Positions 60,657 through 64,000 of a stretch of 64,000 nucleotides of DNA are shown here, piece by piece. Numbering within the stretch: the stretch's first letter is position 1; each line of letters begins with the position of its first letter. The notes below the pieces were generated by a model. It did no database searches and was not told the DNA's origin. It was given only the letters and a program-made list of their open reading frames with translations. The stretch spans positions 7,984 through 71,983 of the forward strand of contig LUYZ01000008.1 in the NCBI GenBank assembly GCA_001603425.1, written 5' to 3'. The DNA is from Bacteroidales bacterium Bact_08 (GTDB lineage Bacteria > Bacteroidota > Bacteroidia > Bacteroidales > UBA932). Made by a program: the position numbers and the translations under genes.

Positions 60657-61546
60657 TATCAATACACGACTTTTCTAAAGAAGAGATTTTGAAAACACTC
60701 CAGAAAGCTGCGGAGTTCGAAGAGAATTATAGACAGCCCCTTTTCACAGACAAGGTAATTGCAACTATCTTCTTTGAGCCATCTACCCGAACTAGGCTTA
60801 GCTTCGAAACTGCCTCTAATAGACTTGGAGCAAGAGTTATTGGATTCTCAGACTCAGATAACACAAGTGTTAAAAAAGGAGAGACATTAAAAGACACTAT
60901 AAAAATGGTTTCTAACTATGCAGATCTTATCATAATGAGGCATCCACTAGAGGGTAGCGCAAGATATGCCTCTGAGATATCAGATGTTCCTGTCATTAAC
61001 GCTGGAGATGGCTCTAATCAACATCCTACACAAACGCTTTTAGATTTATACTCTATTTTAAAAACACAAGGGACCCTAGAAAATTTAAACATCTCTGTGG
61101 TTGGTGATCTAAAATATGGAAGAACAGTCCACTCACTAATTTATGCTATGTCTCATTTTAATCCCACTTTCAACTTCATCTCTCCAGAGGAGTTAAGATT
61201 AACCGATGAATATAGAGACTTTATGTATGATAACAATATCAAATTCACAGAGAATCAACTATTAAAAGAGAATATAGAGAATGCAGATATAGTTTATATG
61301 ACAAGAGTTCAAAGGGAGAGGTTCACAGATGCATTAGAATACGAAAAAGTAAAAAACTGTTATAGCTTAGATATATCTATGTTAGCTAACTGCAAAGAAA
61401 ACATGAAAATACTTCATCCACTACCAAGAGTAAATGAAATTGCACAAAACGTAGACAATAGCAAGCATGCATACTATTTTGAACAAGCAGAAAATGGGGT
61501 ATATGCTAGAATGGCTATAATTAGTAATCTATTAACAGCTCAATAA
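60641..61546 (+). CDS. pyrB: Aspartate carbamoyltransferase catalytic subunit
   Basis: [28 protein letters not shown]. Confidence 0.96.
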   Translation: MPKHLISIHDFSKEEILKTLQKAAEFEENYRQPLFTDKVIATIFFEPSTRTRLSFETASNRLGARVIGFSDSDNTSVKKGETLKDTIKMVSNYADLIIMRHPLEGSARYASEISDVPVINAGDGSNQHPTQTLLDLYSILKTQGTLENLNISVVGDLKYGRTVHSLIYAMSHFNPTFNFISPEELRLTDEYRDFMYDNNIKFTENQLLKENIENADIVYMTRVQRERFTDALEYEKVKNCYSLDISMLANCKENMKILHPLPRVNEIAQNVDNSKHAYYFEQAENGVYARMAIISNLLTAQ

Positions 61547-61556
61547 AATCTATAAT

Positions 61557-62021
61557 ATGGAAAAGCAACTAAAAGTAAGTGCAATAAAAGATGGAACAGT
61601 GCTAGATCATATCCCAGCTAATCAACTGTTTCGAGTAATAGATATACTTGGACTAAATAATAGCTGTAACCAAATAACATTTGGTACAAACTTAGAGAGC
61701 AAACTACTTGGTAAAAAAGCTATTATTAAAATTTCTGATAAATATTTCGAGGATGCAGATATCAATAGAATTGCACTTATTGCTCCTCAAGCAAAAATCA
61801 ATATAATCCACGACTTTGAAGTAGTAGAAAAAAGGGTAATCTCAATTCCAGCAAAAATCAAAGGCATTGCTAAATGCATGAATCCCGCATGTATTACAAA
61901 TCACCAACCTGTAGAGACTCTCTTCTACACAAAAACTGAAGGCGAAAATTTTAAACTTAAATGTCACTATTGTGAAAAGGTCACTGAGAAAACAAACTTA
62001 AAAATTATAAGCAACTCGTAA
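61557..62021 (+). CDS. pyrI: Aspartate carbamoyltransferase regulatory subunit
   Basis: IKDGTVLDHI, zinc ligands CMNPAC and CHYCE. Confidence 0.95.
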   Translation: MEKQLKVSAIKDGTVLDHIPANQLFRVIDILGLNNSCNQITFGTNLESKLLGKKAIIKISDKYFEDADINRIALIAPQAKINIIHDFEVVEKRVISIPAKIKGIAKCMNPACITNHQPVETLFYTKTEGENFKLKCHYCEKVTEKTNLKIISNS

Positions 62022-62060
62022 TCTCAGTCTAATAGATACTCTCATTTAAGAGCTCCAAGG

Positions 62061-62090
62061 TTTGAAATTAATATTTTTTATTTACCTTTG
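62061..62090 (+). promoter_or_regulatory. Promoter for serC-serA
   Basis: TTTG, 18-nt spacer, TACCTTTG. Confidence 0.65.
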
Positions 62091-62129
62091 ACCCACAAAT
62101 TTGTTATTAATTATTAAAAAAGATCAATT

Positions 62130-63203
62130 ATGAAAATAGCTCACAATTTCAATGCTGGTCCATGCGTTCTTCCTAGAGAAGCTGTTGATGCAGCAATAGA
62201 GTCTTTAAAAGATTTTAAAGGAACCGGAATGTCTGTAATTGAGATGTCTCACAGATCAAAAGAGTGGGAAGCAGTTATGGATGAGTGTCGTAATCTTTGG
62301 AAAGAACTCCTAAATATCCCAGAAGGATATCATGTTCTATTTCTTGGTGGCGGTGCAAGTATGCAGTTTTTATATGTAGCTATGAATCTTCTTGAAAATA
62401 AAGCAGGCTATTTAGAGACTGGTGTATGGGCTAAAAAAGCACTAAAAGAGGCAAAAGCTCTTGGCTCAGCAGTTGCTGTTGCAAGTTCGGCCGATAAAAA
62501 TTACAGTTATATACCAAAAGGGTACGAAATTCCTACAGATTTAGATTATTTCCATATAACAACTAACAATACAATTTATGGAACAGAGATCCATACCGAT
62601 ATGGACTCTCCTGTAAATTTAGTTGCAGACATGTCTTCTGATATTATGAGTAGACCTGTTGATGTAAGCAAATATGCTTTAATATACGGTGGTGCTCAAA
62701 AAAATGTTGGTCCTGCTGGTGTAACTTTTGTAATTGTTAGAGAAGATATTCTAGGCAAGGTATCGAGATACATCCCAACAATGCTTGATTACAGAACCCA
62801 TATTGAAAACGATTCAATGTTCAATACTCCTCCTGTTTTCTCTATAATGGTTATGAACGAGACGCTTAAATGGGTGAAAAGATCCGGAGGATTAGAAAAA
62901 ATATACCAAATCAATAAAGATAAGGCTCAACTTCTTTATAACGAAATAGACAGAAATAAGATGTTCAAAGGCACTGCTGCAACAGAGGATAGATCGTTAA
63001 TGAATATCTGTTTTGTTATGGCCGATGAATACAAAGAGAAAGAAGCTGAATTTATGACTTTTGCCAAAGAGAGAGGAATGGTTGGCATTAAAGGTCATAG
63101 ATCAGTTGGTGGATTTAGAGCGTCAACATACAATGCTTGCCCAGTAGAGAGCATAAAGGCACTTGTAGATTGCATGCAAGAATTTGAAAAACTAAATTCA
63201 TAA
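62130..63203 (+). CDS. serC: Phosphoserine aminotransferase
   Basis: [31 protein letters not shown]. Confidence 0.96.
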   Translation: MKIAHNFNAGPCVLPREAVDAAIESLKDFKGTGMSVIEMSHRSKEWEAVMDECRNLWKELLNIPEGYHVLFLGGGASMQFLYVAMNLLENKAGYLETGVWAKKALKEAKALGSAVAVASSADKNYSYIPKGYEIPTDLDYFHITTNNTIYGTEIHTDMDSPVNLVADMSSDIMSRPVDVSKYALIYGGAQKNVGPAGVTFVIVREDILGKVSRYIPTMLDYRTHIENDSMFNTPPVFSIMVMNETLKWVKRSGGLEKIYQINKDKAQLLYNEIDRNKMFKGTAATEDRSLMNICFVMADEYKEKEAEFMTFAKERGMVGIKGHRSVGGFRASTYNACPVESIKALVDCMQEFEKLNS

Positions 63204-63222
63204 CCTAAAAACAATTCATAAG

Positions 63223-64000
63223 ATGAAAATATTAGTAGCAACAGACAAGCCTTTTGCAAAGGCAGCTGTAGATGGAATTAGAGGAATTGTTGAGGGAGCT
63301 GGACATACTTTAGCTCTTTTAGAGAAATACACCACTCCTCAAGAGCTATACTCTGCTGTAGAAGATGTTGATGCAATGATTATTAGATCTGACAAAGTAA
63401 CTTCCGAAGTTATTGATCATGCAAAACAACTTAAAATAGTAGTAAGAGCAGGAGCTGGTTATGACAATATAGATTTATCGGCATGCTCACAAAAAGGCAT
63501 AGTAGCGATGAATACTCCTGGACAAAACTCAAATGCCGTAGCAGAACTTGCTATTGGAATGATGATTTATATGTCCAGAGGCTGTTTTAACGGATCAACA
63601 GGTAGTGAGTTAAAAGATAAAACATTGGGAATTCATGCCTATGGTAATGTTGGAAAGCTTGTTGCTAAGATTGCTAAAGGGTTTGATATGAATATTATTG
63701 CATTTGACCCATTTGTGTCTAAAGAGGCTATAGAAGCTGACGGAGTAAAGGCGGCATCATCTATTGAGGAGCTTTACTCATCATCAGACTTCTTATCTTT
63801 ACATATCCCTGCAACTGCACAGACCAAAAAATCTATTGGCCTAAATTTATTAAAATTAATGCCTAAAGGAGCATGTTTGGTTAATACTGCCAGAAAAGAG
63901 GTTATTAATGAAGAGGAGTTGGTGGTTGCTTTAGAAGAGAGATCAGATCTTAAATATGTTACAGATATTGCAGCAGACAATCAAGCAACTTTAGACCAAA
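63223..64000 (+). CDS. serA: D-3-phosphoglycerate dehydrogenase-like 2-hydroxyacid dehydrogenase (3' truncated by window; absent from the ORF track)
   Basis: Translated by hand: MKILVATDKPF...VRAGAGYDNID...NTPGQNSNAVAE...HAYGNVG...VNTAR; follows serC. Confidence 0.85.
   Translation, partial: MKILVATDKPFAKAAVDGIRGIVEGAGHTLALLEKYTTPQELYSAVEDVDAMIIRSDKVTSEVIDHAKQLKIVVRAGAGYDNIDLSACSQKGIVAMNTPGQNSNAVAELAIGMMIYMSRGCFNGSTGSELKDKTLGIHAYGNVGKLVAKIAKGFDMNIIAFDPFVSKEAIEADGVKAASSIEELYSSSDFLSLHIPATAQTKKSIGLNLLKLMPKGACLVNTARKEVINEEELVVALEERSDLKYVTDIAADNQATLDQ

Noticed and set aside
79-63203. Alternative genetic code, programmed frameshift or pseudogenes
   Set aside because: Every recognised gene is full length under the standard bacterial code, and TAA, TAG and TGA all serve as stops.
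767-63980. Many short antisense or alternate-frame ORFs in the track (e.g. 1000-1275, 22765-23172, 34044-34457, 63774-63980)
   Set aside because: They are shadows of well-supported genes, with no recognisable motifs or independent signals.
1-64000. CRISPR arrays, tRNA/rRNA, riboswitches, IS elements, prophage or defence genes
   Set aside because: All intergenic gaps are about 145 nt or less and AT-rich, with no repeat-spacer or cloverleaf patterns. No transposase, integrase, phage or defence motifs are present.

Overview
An AT-rich (roughly 30% GC by eye), very gene-dense (about 97% coding by hand tally) core-genome segment from a Bacteroidota bacterium, most likely Bacteroidales. The assignment rests on Bacteroidota-type TAnnTTTG -7 promoter motifs, A-rich starts without Shine-Dalgarno sites, phylum-typical genes (DUF2795, DUF3127, DUF4834) and a dcw cluster without murF/ddl. 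In order, the window holds: the end of an ABC ATPase, a PduO-type adenosyltransferase, DUF2795, trkA, aspA, two convergent ABC-F genes (uup-like and ettA), an M23 peptidase divergent from the dcw operon (mraZ to ftsZ, then gltX), galE and a DegT aminotransferase, rpiB-truB-queA, dprA-tatD-ansA, exbB-4TM-exbD-exbD, alkaline phosphatase, GHL10, an antiporter, asnS-udk-tonB-like, a minus-strand envelope/lipid operon, recQ, kdsD-speB-nhaA, FKBP, DUF3127, miaA, a LuxC-like reductase, yigZ-pyrB-pyrI, serC and a truncated serA. I found no rRNA, tRNA, CRISPR, IS, prophage or defence system, and I cannot support a claim of a wholly new system. The best leads are modest: an ExbB/4TM/ExbD/ExbD motor with a possible extra subunit, a QueA with three motif substitutions, probable leaderless mRNAs, MraZ-type repeats between divergent promoters, an orphan LuxC-like reductase, and an uncharacterised 762-aa protein heading an MsbA-like/FadD operon.
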